From Chlorokybus atmophyticus (lineage: Eukaryota > Plantae > Mesostigma and Chlorokybus algae), in assembly GCA_009103225.1 (NCBI GenBank), contig RHPI01003642.1:24853-88852 (forward strand): 64,000 nt of DNA, written 5' to 3'. Made by a program: the position numbers and the translations under genes. Below are positions 49,501-60,700 of the stretch, piece by piece. Within the stretch, counting starts at the first letter, position 1. The number at the start of each line of letters is the position of its first letter. Below the pieces are notes generated by a model. That model saw only the letters and a program-made list of their open reading frames with translations. It was not told the origin of the DNA and ran no database searches.

Positions 49501-52500
49501 GCATCTGCCGGAGTCCGATGCCTTCTTGACGATGCAGCATGGTTGCTTGTTGCAACAGAGCAGTGCGTAGTTGTTGCTCTCCAACCAGTCCTGCTCCATC
49601 TCTTTGTGTACACCCTTGTGGTGTAAGGTAGCCCCTCCCTGGCTCCCTTTGGTCCTCAGGTAGATCCTCCACCAGCGCAGGCAGCAACGGGGCGATCACC
49701 CCCCTGGTTTGTTGAGTCAACGCCCTCGCTTGGTCAGAGTTGATCTCGACGAAGAGCGGAGTGGTGCTGGAGGATGGACCAGCAGTGGGTGACTGAGGTA
49801 TTGGTGCACGTGTAGCTTTAAGAGCTTGCTCACGTGCAGCAATGGCGGCAGCTTGATCCTGTCGCCAATGATATGCTTGTTCAAGTGCGTGGTAGCGCTG
49901 ATGAAGACGAGCGGTTGTAGGAGGTCCGAGTTCTTCATCAGTGCCCAAAGGCAGGTTGGCTGCGTCGGCGATGCGCTGCTGAACGGTGTCTCGGCGGTCC
50001 CGATACGTGTCCAATGGGCTGGGTTAAAAGGTGGTGGTTGGCATGCGTGCAGGCTGGCGCGGGGCGGTCTGCATGTTGTTGTGCAATGCCCAGAACAGCT
50101 GCAGAGCCAACTCCAACACTACAGGTGGGCTGTAGCTGATCAAAAACACCCTGTCACGCATCGGAGGTGCAGTGCCAGCAAGGATCTCATCTTCTAACTG
50201 GTGTTGAGTGAGTGCTGGAAGGGTGTGAACCTATGGTAACGGGAAGACGCGATCATCGCGGGCGACACGCGTGGTGCGCTCCCCCCCCCGACCGAAGGCG
50301 ATGGTAGTGGGGTCTGCTCCGCGCAGGATGGTCTCCCATGCTCGCTCAGCTTACTGACCAGTTGGGACAGCCTGAGTGACGTCGAGAGCGGGCAGAGTGG
50401 CTGCGCGCGTCGCTGCAGAGACAGCGGGCTCGACGATGGCCATTGTGGCAGTTGCGACGGTATCGGTCGGTGGTGCGAGAGTTGTCTCAACGCCTACGGA
50501 CAGAGGCCCTGCTGTAGTGGGAAGTGCACCGCCCACTGGTGCAGGTTCGGTAGTGATGGCGGCTGCTGCCAGTGTGCTCACCAGCGTCGGCGTCACGGTG
50601 CCCACCGGCGTACCAGGTTGTGGTGCAACTGGAGTGGGTACTGCTGACGTTGGTGGAGTCGACGTTGTAGCCGGTGTGGCTGTCGCTGCGGAGGCAGCTC
50701 CACTGGTGGCTTCGGAGGAGGTGCCTGCTGATGTTGTTGCAGCTTCCCCTCGTGCTCGTCGTGATGGTTGCACGCGGGACGGAGTGTTCCTGTCTCTCTC
50801 GCGTTTTGCAGCCATCAGCGCCCATCGGGCCGTGTAGCAGGCGCGGTAGTCCTGCTCCTTGTCTTCCTCCAAGCGTGCTATATGTGCCATGAGGGCTGCC
50901 ATATGGTCATCAGCTGGTGGGTTGGCTGAAGCCTTGGCGGCAACAGCAGCAGCGCGCGGACGTGTCTCTGGTCCCTTACGCTGAGGAGGTCTGTTCTTCC
51001 CCCTGTAGCCTTGCTCTTCCTTGCGAACACTGGCGTTGTTGTTGTTGTTGCCACCAGCGTTGTTGCTATTGTGGCCACTGAAGTGGTTGCCAGTGTGGCC
51101 CCCAGTGTTGTTGCTGTTGTAGCCACTGAAGTTGTTGCCAGTGTGGCCCCCGGTGTTGTTGCTGTTGTAGCCACCGAGGTAGTTGTGGTTGTAGCTGTTG
51201 GCGGGCCTCAACTCTGGGAACTTGAGCCAGCAAACTGACTCCAAATGACCAGTCTTGTGACAGTGGTCGCAAACCAAAGTTGAGTATTCTTCGGTGCACT
51301 CCTTTTGGTAGTGCCCATGCCGTCCACAGCGATGACACAGCACAGGGGCAGCAAGTGCAGCATGAGCTGACCGTTTCCCTTTGTCGCGTGCTGGTGGAGC
51401 GTCCCGGCCACGGTTGCGGCGAGGAGGCTCAGTTGTTGTGCTGACTACAGGCCGTACGGCGCTGCGGTTGGTGTCCAGCACTGCCTTCTCATACACCAAG
51501 CGCTTGTGGATGGCTTGTGCAGTCTCGANAGTTGTCGTGCTGACTACAGGCCGTACGGCGCTGCGGTTGGTGTCCAGCACTGCCTTCTCATACACCAAGC
51601 GCTTGTGGATGGCTTGTGCAGTCTCGAAGGCTTCTTTGAGGGTGTAGCCAAGGGGCCTGCTGTAGTTCAGAGTCAGGCGTGTCGACTCGCTCAGAGCAGC
51701 ATCCAACTCATTGACGTATATCACTGCAGCAGCCTCCTCACTGACAATCTTGTAGTCAGTGTCCTTCAGCAGACCTTCCAGTCTGGAGTACAAGCGGAGG
51801 GGATCCTCATTGGGCTTGCGTCGGAAGCGTCTCAGCTCCTCAACCTTGCTGGTGGTCTGAGGAGGGAAGGTGCGGCGCAGGGCAGCGTACAGGTCCTTGA
51901 GTGGAGAATCAGAGATGGCAGCACCTACGGTGATGGCTGGTGCGCGCAGTGCTACTGACCCGAGGGTGAAAGCGCTGCCTCCTGCACGAGAGCCAGGTGT
52001 TGCTGGAGGTAGAGGAGTACCCCACTCTGCGGCTGCCGCTTGCTGTACAGCTCTTTGTTCCTCAATGATGCTGGCAGAACGGTCAAGGATGCGGACTCGA
52101 CGTGTGGCCTCCTTGGACTCAACTTCTGCAGGGGTCAAGTTGACAAGTACCAACTCTGGTTCCTCCTCCTCTGCCTGCTTGAGAGCTGCAGCTATGGACA
52201 AGCCTGTTACTGCAACTGAAGTGGCAGGTGGAACGACACCTGCTGGACGGTGCAGAGATGCAGATGCTATGGTGCTGGCAAGCTCGCCATAGCCGTCTAC
52301 TCGATGCAGTTCAGCAACGGACTTCCAGACATCGTGTGCTTCATGATCAAGATACTGAGCAGCAATGTGGAAAGAGATCTCATCTGACCAGTCTTTGTTC
52401 TTCAGTGCTTGCTGCCGCATCTTGGAGTGGAACTTGATGATGAACTCATCCAGCGAGGTGGTGCCGGCACGTCCGGAGAAGCGCAGGGATGTGGTTGAAC

Positions 52501-52720
52501 TGGAAGATTCCATCTCGTTGTCGTCGCTGTCCGATGATAGTGGAGAAGCTTGATGACGAGGAGTAGAGTGGAGCGGGGTGAAGCTGGAGATGGAGCGCGA
52601 GCCTCTGCTGCTGCGGTCGATGCTCCCGTCACTGGTCCGCTCGTAGGTGAGGTTGGTGGTTGGGCTCCAACTGCTGAGGTCACCCTCGTCTATTGGGGAG
52701 AACGGGGTGGGCCTGCTCAT
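43557..52720 (-). pseudogene. Disrupted gag-pol-DNMT-PHD polyprotein of copy 1
   Basis: Relative to copy 2: TAA 50351-53, TAG 50231-33, TGA 47831-33, TAG 46832-34, and a 1-bp deletion in a C-run at about 45602. Confidence 0.93.
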
Positions 52721-52909
52721 ACAGCTGGTCCAGAGGTGAAAGGGTAGAGTGCTTGTGCTCTACCGTCTATCCTGATGCTGTTACCACCCAACACACTAGT
52801 GCTTGTGCGCACTATGTGATGACAATGATAACGAATGCCCAGCGATGTATCCCTGGGTGCAGACTGCACTATCTGATGCAGATTGCAACACACTCACTTG
52901 TGCAAAGAG

Positions 52910-52924
52910 GGTGACACTGTAAGT
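52910..52924 (-). promoter_or_regulatory. Putative self-priming primer-binding site / U5 end
   Basis: Minus-strand ACTTACAGTGTCACC spans the ...CTTACA LTR end. It is perfectly complementary to GGTGACACTGTAAGT at 53243-53229 inside the LTR. Confidence 0.65.
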
Positions 52925-53825
52925 CAACAAGCCACTACGATAGGTAGTGCTGTGGACACAGTTCTTTGCATGAGTGGATAGAATGATACACTGTTAAGTG
53001 AGGTGAATGAGTGTGCAACACGTGGATACAACACCCTGACTACTGAAACAACACACCACCGTCAAGCTCACAGCAATGACAGGCACAGCGCACAAGAGCA
53101 TGCACCGTGTCTCACGCAGTAAGGGAATTCTTGGCAACCGGGGCAGCGTGCTTCCAGTTCAAGTCGCTTCACAAGCTCTTTAGAAACAGAGTCTTTACTT
53201 CTTAGTACTCCTAGTACTCACAGTACTCACTTACAGTGTCACCAGCCAGTCTGGTGACGTGACTTCCTACTTATACATGTCAAATCATGACTGTGCAGTG
53301 CCACGCGGGCACTAGGCCAACGGTCACATCGAGGCCTCATGCTATTTCGGAAATCTCCTAAGACTCGATATAGCACATGTGTTCTTAACAGACTTACAAC
53401 TGATCAGCTACGCGCGGTCCCTACAGACAGGTCTATAAAGTAGCCCTAGCTACATGCTACATGAGTGATACAGTAGCTAGCAGTAGGCTGGGGCTCGCGC
53501 GGTCTTCATGCTGGTAGCCCGGGCGTGGGGCTGGGTGTAGGCATGCTTGAGAAGAACTGGCATGCGAGGGTAGATGGCATGACAGCTGTCGTGCCTGTCA
53601 TGGTCGAGGGCAACCTTGTCTCGGACAGGCTGCAGAGGAGTGCTAGTGCTGCACGCATGCTAGTGCCGTGCACTGCATTGGAGTCATGCAAGCAAAAGAC
53701 AACCCCCCAATCGTGGGCATAGGCTTGAAGATGAGCCTACGCGGTGTTTAGTGCAGTGGACGAGCCGATGCTGCTCGCCACCTTTGTGTACAGACTGTGT
53801 CGTAGTGCACACAGTCAACAAGCCA
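52918..53825 (-). repeat. 5' LTR of copy 1 (908 bp, TG...CA)
   Basis: On the minus strand it starts TGGCTTGTTGACT and ends TGGCTTGTTGACTTACA. Confidence 0.85.
53271..53275 (-). promoter_or_regulatory. Putative LTR TATA box
   Basis: TATAAG on the minus strand, 32 nt upstream of G53243, the predicted transcript start. Same motif in each LTR unit. Confidence 0.55.
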
Positions 53826-54716
53826 CTACGATAGGTAGTGCTGTGGACACAGTTCTTTGCATGAGTGGATAGAATGATACACTGTTAAGTGAGGTGAATG
53901 AGTGTGCAACACGTGGATACAACACCCTGACTACTGAAACAACACACCACCGTCAAGCTCACAGCAATGGCAGGCACAGCGCACAAGAGCATGCACCGTG
54001 TCTCACGCAGTAAGGGAATTCTTGGCAACCGGGGCAGCGTGCTTCCAGTTCAAGTCGCTTCACAAGCTCTTTAGAAACAGAGTCTTTACTTCTTAGTACT
54101 CCTAGTACTCACAGTACTCACTTACAGTGTCACCAGCCAGTCTGGTGACGTGACTTCCTACTTATACATGTCAAATCATGACTGTGCAGTGCCACGCGGG
54201 CACTAGGCCAACGGTCACATCGAGGCCTCATGCTATTTCGGAAATCTCCTAAGACTTGATATAGCACATGTGTTCTTAACAGACTTGCAACTGATCAGCT
54301 ACGCGCGGTCCCTACAGACAGGTCTATAAAGTAGCCCTAGCTACATGCTACATGAGTGATACAGTAGCTAGCAGTAGGCTGGGGCTCGCGCGGTCTTCAT
54401 GCTGGTAGCCCGGGCGTGGGGCTGGGTGTAGGCATGCTTGAGAAGAACTGGCATGCGAGGGTAGATGGCATGACAGCTGTCGTGCCTGTCATGGTCGAGG
54501 GCAACCTTGTCTCGGACAGGCTGCAGAGGAGTGCTAGTGCTGCACGCATGCTAGTGCCGTGCACTGCATTGGAGTCATGCAAGCAAAAGACAACCCCCCA
54601 ATCGTGGGCATAGGCTTGAAGATGAGCCTACGCGGTGTTTAGTGCAGTGGACGAGCCGATGCCGCTCGCCACCTTTGTGTACAGACTGTGTCGTAGTGCA
54701 CACAGTCAACAAGCCA
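53826..54716 (-). repeat. 3' LTR (891-bp unit) of DNMT-gypsy copy 2, fused head-to-tail to the 5' LTR of copy 1
   Basis: Follows the G7 PPT (54717-54723). About 4 differences from the adjacent unit. Confidence 0.9.
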
Positions 54717-54723
54717 CCCCCCC
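54717..54723 (-). other. Polypurine tract (G7) for plus-strand priming; same at 43511-43517
   Basis: CAGGGGGGG immediately precedes the TG LTR start on the minus strand. Confidence 0.8.
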
Positions 54724-54762
54724 TGAGATTCTGGGGTAGCCCTCTGCTCCAGAACTCAGTTC

Positions 54763-57700
54763 CTACCGACTGTGTGGGGGACCGTTGATGCGGCAGTCAT
54801 CGCACCAGTACTCCCACAAGGGTACTGCGTCCAGTGGAGGGTCAAGGCAGTAGCAGTGCATGCCTTGATTACAGCCGTCGCATAACATCATCAATGGGTC
54901 GTCGTCGGCGCTGCCACACTTCTCGCATCGGGTGCTGCGCAGCGGACGCGGGTGCTGGATCTTGGTGAAGCCAGCAATGTAGGGGAGATGACAGGGCGCA
55001 CAGTTGACCATGTTGTCCTTCATGCGCTCGCCTCGTTGTCCCAACAGGTCCAGTACCCCTGTGGGGTGCACCTTCAATACCTTGTAGACAGCACGCCCGA
55101 CGGAGGTATCGAGGGTGTCGCGTGTAGACGCCATACGGTAGACGAAGTCTCCTGACTCGAAGCGGCGCTCCCGCTCCTTGTAGAAACCACTGCGCACACG
55201 CTCGTAACGCAGCGTGTCGCGGTGCTGCGCGATGCGCAGGTTGTTGAAGGCCATGGGGACTGTGTGTTCGAACAGCGCACTGCGCACTGTCAGATCATAC
55301 AACATCTCGTCGGGGTTGTCGAGATTGTCCACCACTCTGTCGACCTCCTGCTGTGCGCGGAAAGGGAGCAATGGCTGCCTTCCGAACAGTAGATAGTATG
55401 GGCTGTACTCTCGCAGGGCTGCCTGCTTGGACAGCCGGTAGCCCATTGCTACCCATGGGAGGTGATCATCCCAGGTATTCTTCTCGTAGGCGAGGACGTA
55501 CTTGCGCAGTGCCTTCTTGATGGTCTGCACGGTACGCTCGGCGAGGCCGTCGGCCTGCGGGTGGTCGCGTGAGGTGCGACGGTGGTCGATGAAGCATCTG
55601 TCGATAAGCTTGTCGAAGGCTCCTCTGAACTCCGTACCCTGGTCGGTGATGACTTCAGCGCAGCTGCCGAAACGTCCGAGTACATGGGAGAGGAAAGCCT
55701 GGGCTACTCCCTCACTGCTCTTGTCGGGCAGGGGCACCAGCTCCACCCACTTGGAGAAGTGCTCGATCATGACGAGGATGTAGCGGTTGCCTCGCGCTGA
55801 GGGCGCTAGGTCTCCGAGGATGTCCAGTCCCCAGCGGTAGAACAACCCGGAAATGGGAAGGGGATGCAAGGTGGCATTGCGCGTGTTGAGGCTGGCGCGA
55901 ACCATGTCACACTGCTGACAGTTGCTGACGAACTCCCGCACCTGTCTGTGCACCCCATACCACCAGTACCGGGTCCTGACCAGGCTGACCGTGCGCTTGA
56001 CACCGAAGTGCCCGAGCTCGGTGTGAAGGGAGGAGATGATGCCTTCACGTGCAGCTGGTGTGGGGACCTCCTGATCTGCATCTTGTATCCGTCGATACAG
56101 CCTGTCGTTGGCCCAGCGGTAACGCTGAGTGCGTTGCCGGACGCGGTCCTTCTCGCGTGCGCTCATGCCTGCTGGAAGTTGTCCAGTCTGAAGCAGTGCG
56201 AGGGATGGCTCGTCCAGCCAGATGTCTTGTCGTGTGTCGGTGGGTGCCAGCTCCTCATCATCCACCTCAGGGTCGGCAGCGATTGCTTCTTCTGATAAAG
56301 GATCGGTGGTGGTGATGGCGGGCTCGAGAGCGGGCATGTCCCCGTCTGCTGCTGCCTCAGCGATCTGAGTCCTGCGTCCTGAGCGTAGCGCAGCGACAGC
56401 GAACATGGTGGCCACACCTGCAGGTGCAGCTGTAGGACCCAACTCATGTCGGGCGCCTGTGGCGTCGTTGGTGCTGAGGTGGGGGTTACGGCTGAGGCCA
56501 TCCGCATCCTGGTTGGCAAGGCCTGCGCGGTGTTCCACCTCGAAGTCGTACTCCTGGAGCAGCAGCGCCCATCGTGCTAACTTTCCTGTCAAGTGCTGGT
56601 TGTTCATTAGCCACTTGAGGGGTTGATGGTCAGTGACCAGTTGGAACTGCCGTCCAAACAGAAAGGGTCGGAAGAAGGAGATGGCCCACACTGCGGCGAG
56701 ACACTCCCCTTCGTAGCTGCTGTAGTTGGCCTCAGCACTGTTGTTGCTGCGGCTGGCGTACGACACTACGCGCTCCTTCTTGTTGTTGTCATGCTGTACG
56801 AGCACGGCCCCCATGCCGAGCTTGCTCCAGTCTGTGTGCAGGATGAACGACCTGGTGTAGTCCGGGCGTTGCAGAATGGGAGCTGTGGTGAGGCGGAGCT
56901 TCAGTTCCTGAAAGGCCTCCTGTTGTGCCTCCTTCCACAAGAACTCGGTGTCCTTCTTCAGTAGTTCGTTGAGAGGCCTTGCGATCTTGGCAAAGTCTTT
57001 GACAAACCGTCGGTAATAGTTGGCAAGGCCGAGGAAGGCCCGCAGCCGCGTGAGGTCTGTGGGGGCAGGGATAGCCACCAGTGCCTCCACTTTGGCCTGC
57101 TGTACGTACACACCATGGGGCACAATCATGTGTCCTAGGTAGGGTACCTTGTGGGTGAAGAAGGTGCACTTGTCAGGGTGCACCGTCATCCCGACTTCCT
57201 TCAGCCTCTGTAGCACCTCTTCGATGTGCTGGAGATGCTCCTCATTGCTGTGACTGAAGATGAGGATGTCGTCGATGTAGCAGCGCGCGAAGTCCAACCC
57301 CTTGAGGGCTTTGTCCATGACGCGCTGGAACTTGGCCGGAGCGTTCTTCAGTCCGAAGGGCATGACCTTCCACTGGTACAGCTGCCGGTTTCCCCAGAAG
57401 GAAGTCTTGTGCTTGTCCTCCTCCTTGATGGCGATCTGGTTGTACCCTTGGCGCATATCCAGGATACTAAAGACCGTGCAGTCTCCTACATCGTCAAAGA
57501 TGCCTTCTGCGGTAGGCATTGGATACCTGTCCTGCTTGGTCTTGTTGTTGAGGGGGCGATAGTCGCCACACATGCGCCGGTCTGTCCAGTTGCCTGCTGA
57601 ATCTTTCTTCAGGGGCATGACGGTCGCGGCCGCAAAGTCCGATGTGGACTCCTCGATCAGGCCTGCATCTAGCAGCGCCTTGCACCTCTGTTCCACCAAG

Positions 57701-60700
57701 TCTTCTTCTAGCTTGGAGAGGCGGTACTGTCTTCTGAACACCGGTTCGGTGTCCACTAGTTCAATGTCCATCTGGTATGCTGAGCAGATGCCCAGCTCCT
57801 TCACACTGAAGCTGAATTGGCTCCTCCACTTGTTGAGGAGAGCCTCGAGTTGCTCTCGAGTCTGGCCTGTGGCCAGCGGTCCAATGGCGTGGGACCACGA
57901 GGTAGCGTTGGCGACCACTGGAATGTCTTCCACAGTGACTGCTGCCTGCTCCTCCATGTGGGCGGTCTCGAGGGCGGTGTGTGCTGCTTTGGTCTCTGAA
58001 AAGCGAGCAATCCACCCCCCAGCCAGGTGTTCGAGCTCCTGGAAGGACACATGGCGGTCCTGGAGAGCAAAGCACATTTCCAAGTACCACACCATGCTGT
58101 TCTGATCCATGGCGCGCCCTAACAACTGACATTGTTGACTGGTTGTCAGCGTGGAGCCTGTGATGCTGCCTGGAAAGAATCCCATAGCACGCTCGCGCTC
58201 GCGGGCATTGGGTTCTTCCAGCTGTCCAGTGTTGGAGTCCAACACCATGCCGTCGCCTCCATTGCGGAACGCGTAGGAGCCTGGATAGGATACAAGTGTG
58301 GGTAGTGCGCGGCGCGGCTGACCAGGCTGGTTGCACTGGTAGAAGTGGTGGTGGTCAAGGCGTGTGACCGGTTGCGCTGTGCGTCCAGGGTCCAGGATGT
58401 CATCGACGACGAGATTTCGTGGCCGATTGCTGTATAGGTACTCTGCCAGAAACAGGTCTTCCACAATGGCCAGGTTGGTCCACTTGGCGCGGACGCGGTG
58501 TGCACGAGATCCATGACGCGCGGCGTTGATTTTGAGAGGATGCCCCAGCAAGGAGCATACTTGCCGATAGGCCTTGGCGACGTGGTGCCGCTTGTCATCC
58601 TCGGAGTGCACATTCTCGATGATGTACCCCAAGGGCCTAGCGATCTGACTGATCTGTAGGAGTTTGATGACTCTCATTAGCTCCCAGAACAGCTGTGAGC
58701 GAGGATCAGAGAGCCCTTGGCCTCTGCCTGCCCTGGAGTGCCCTTGACACTCCCATCCTGCTATCAGCAGGTCAACGTTGCCGACTGCCTGCAGGTGATC
58801 CTTGGTAATCCAGCGGATGTCCTGCGGTAGAGCCTTCTGGCTCCCTTGCAGTGCCGACAGCGGTAGCTGCTGCGGGTAGCGCTGGTGCAGCTGTCGTAAA
58901 TGATGGCTCAGAGCCTCCTGTGCATGAGGGTCAGGGTCACAGTAGAGGTACTTGGTGACTGTTGTTCCTGTGTTGAGGACAGCCGCAAGCCCACTGCCTA
59001 TGCCTCCGAACAGCTCCAGCACGGTGATGCCTTGTTGTCGGCGGAACATGTGGAACTCCACAACTCCAGTAGCTATGTGGTACTGCTCCTGCACTGTAGC
59101 CTGGTCTTTGTAGACAGGGAAGTGTGCAGTGAGCTGAGGCCTGGTCAGCAGCATGTGTGCTGCTACTTGTGCGCTCCAGCGACGCTCGGATGGCTCCTGA
59201 AAGGCCACTTCTTTGGTGACAGTCTCCTGAGACTCATCGTACGGTGTAGGAGAGTCCTCTTCAGCGTTTAGGCTCGGGCTCGAGCTCGTTGCAGTTGTCC
59301 TCGGCTGCGTTCGGGCACGAGGCACACGTGAGCTTTTTGTAAGACTGTAGGTGGCTGCTGCGGCCGATCTTCGTTGCGAGCGGTCCTTGGCCACCAGTTC
59401 GAGAGGTAGGAATCCCTGCTCCTCTCCATCGTCCTCATCCCAATGTGGTCGAAACCATGCCTGCTCAGTCCAGCAGTCCAGCCCCATGCCGACAGGGAAG
59501 TTGCAGTCCTGTCCCAACAGTAGGTCAAAGGACCCGGCATCGGTGACCACACACCTTTGTACAATCTCGGTGCTGTGGGAAGGGTTTAGTCCGGTGAGGC
59601 GGATGCTCACAGCCTGCTTGGTAAGGCCGAGTACCTTGTCACGGTTGCCGGTTGCGGTGTCCAGCTGATAGGGACAGGGAAGCAGCTCAGCGCTGGTGAT
59701 GCCGAGATCTCGTGCGAGGTAGCGCCCAATGATGACAGGCTGTGCTCCAGTGTCCAGCATCACGCGTTTGGGTGCCCGCCCATTGACGGTCACGTGCTTG
59801 CCTTGGTTGGCGATCATGGCTGCATTGGCGTTGATGCGCAGCCTCTTGAAGCGACGGAACCTCTTGCGTGGAGAGACTGTTGCTTTACTCTCATCTGCGG
59901 GGCCTGACCGTAGGGCAGCCAGGGCTCCTCTGCCTGATGGATCTTGTGGGCCTCCTTGTCCTCGGCTTTGTCCAAACCGTCCTTGTCGCGGTTGCTGGTA
60001 CACGCGTGGTGGCCTAGGCACTGGAGGTGCTGCTGCAACCTGTCCAAGTGGAGGTGCAGGAGGGTTGACCCTCTGTGCAGCTGTTGTCATGCCAGGAGGA
60101 GTGGCCAGTGGCTGTGGCGGGAACCCTGGAGGACCTGGTGTTTGCGGGACTGCCTCTCGTGCAGCCTGCTCCTCTGCATAGGTCCATCGCACAGCATGGG
60201 CTGCCTCTCTGACTAGTGTACCTTCCCATGTAGCCGTCGCATTGTTGTTCACGTCTATATAGCGATGGTTCTGAGGCATGAGCTGCAGGTACACTGCGTG
60301 TAGGAGCCGCGCTCTCATGTCGTGAGTGATGGTGGGCACCCTGAGGATCCCTGCCATGTAAGCATCCCATCTGCCGTTGACCACTCCCACTTCCAGCACT
60401 GTTATTGCTCGTGTGCGTACAGTGAGGCGGGTCTCTGGCTGTTGGACATGCTGCTCGTAAGCAGCGGCGATGCGCCTGCGCTGACGTCCTGCCTCCACTC
60501 CTGGCAAACTCAGTATAGCCTCCAGAGCTCCCTCCAGAGTGTCAGTGGCGGCGGAAGCCACTTCATCATAGGCTTGCCGTATGGAGCGAAGGAATGCGTC
60601 CACCCACGCTATTCTGGCGCCGACAGTGAACAACGGGACTGCGGGATGGTTGGTGACCAGCCACGTCACTAACCGTGCGCGTGCCGCGTTGCCATTGTCT

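Larger units (their letters stand above)
42620..53825 (-). mobile_element. Ty3/gypsy LTR retrotransposon encoding C5 DNA methyltransferase and PHD finger, copy 1 (inactivated)
   Basis: LTR-PBS-polyprotein-PPT-LTR layout, colinear with the intact ORF at 54763-63858. Confidence 0.93.

Noticed and set aside
51431-51627. 98-bp direct repeat inside gag of copy 1 (extra ETAQAIHKRLVYEKAVLDTNRSAVRPVVSTT)
   Set aside because: It is centred on a single n (51529) and absent from copy 2, so it is almost certainly an unmerged contig overlap.
52922-52934. TGGCTTGTTGACT after the LTR as a tRNA primer-binding site
   Set aside because: It is identical to the first 13 nt of the LTR next to the PPT, and the implied tRNA end (…CAACAAGCCA) does not look like an acceptor stem. 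It is better read as an LTR terminal repeat.
53506-53722. Short ORFs in the LTR units (MHDSNAVHG..., MGLGVGML...)
   Set aside because: They recur only because the LTR is repeated, have no recognisable motifs, and overlap on both strands.
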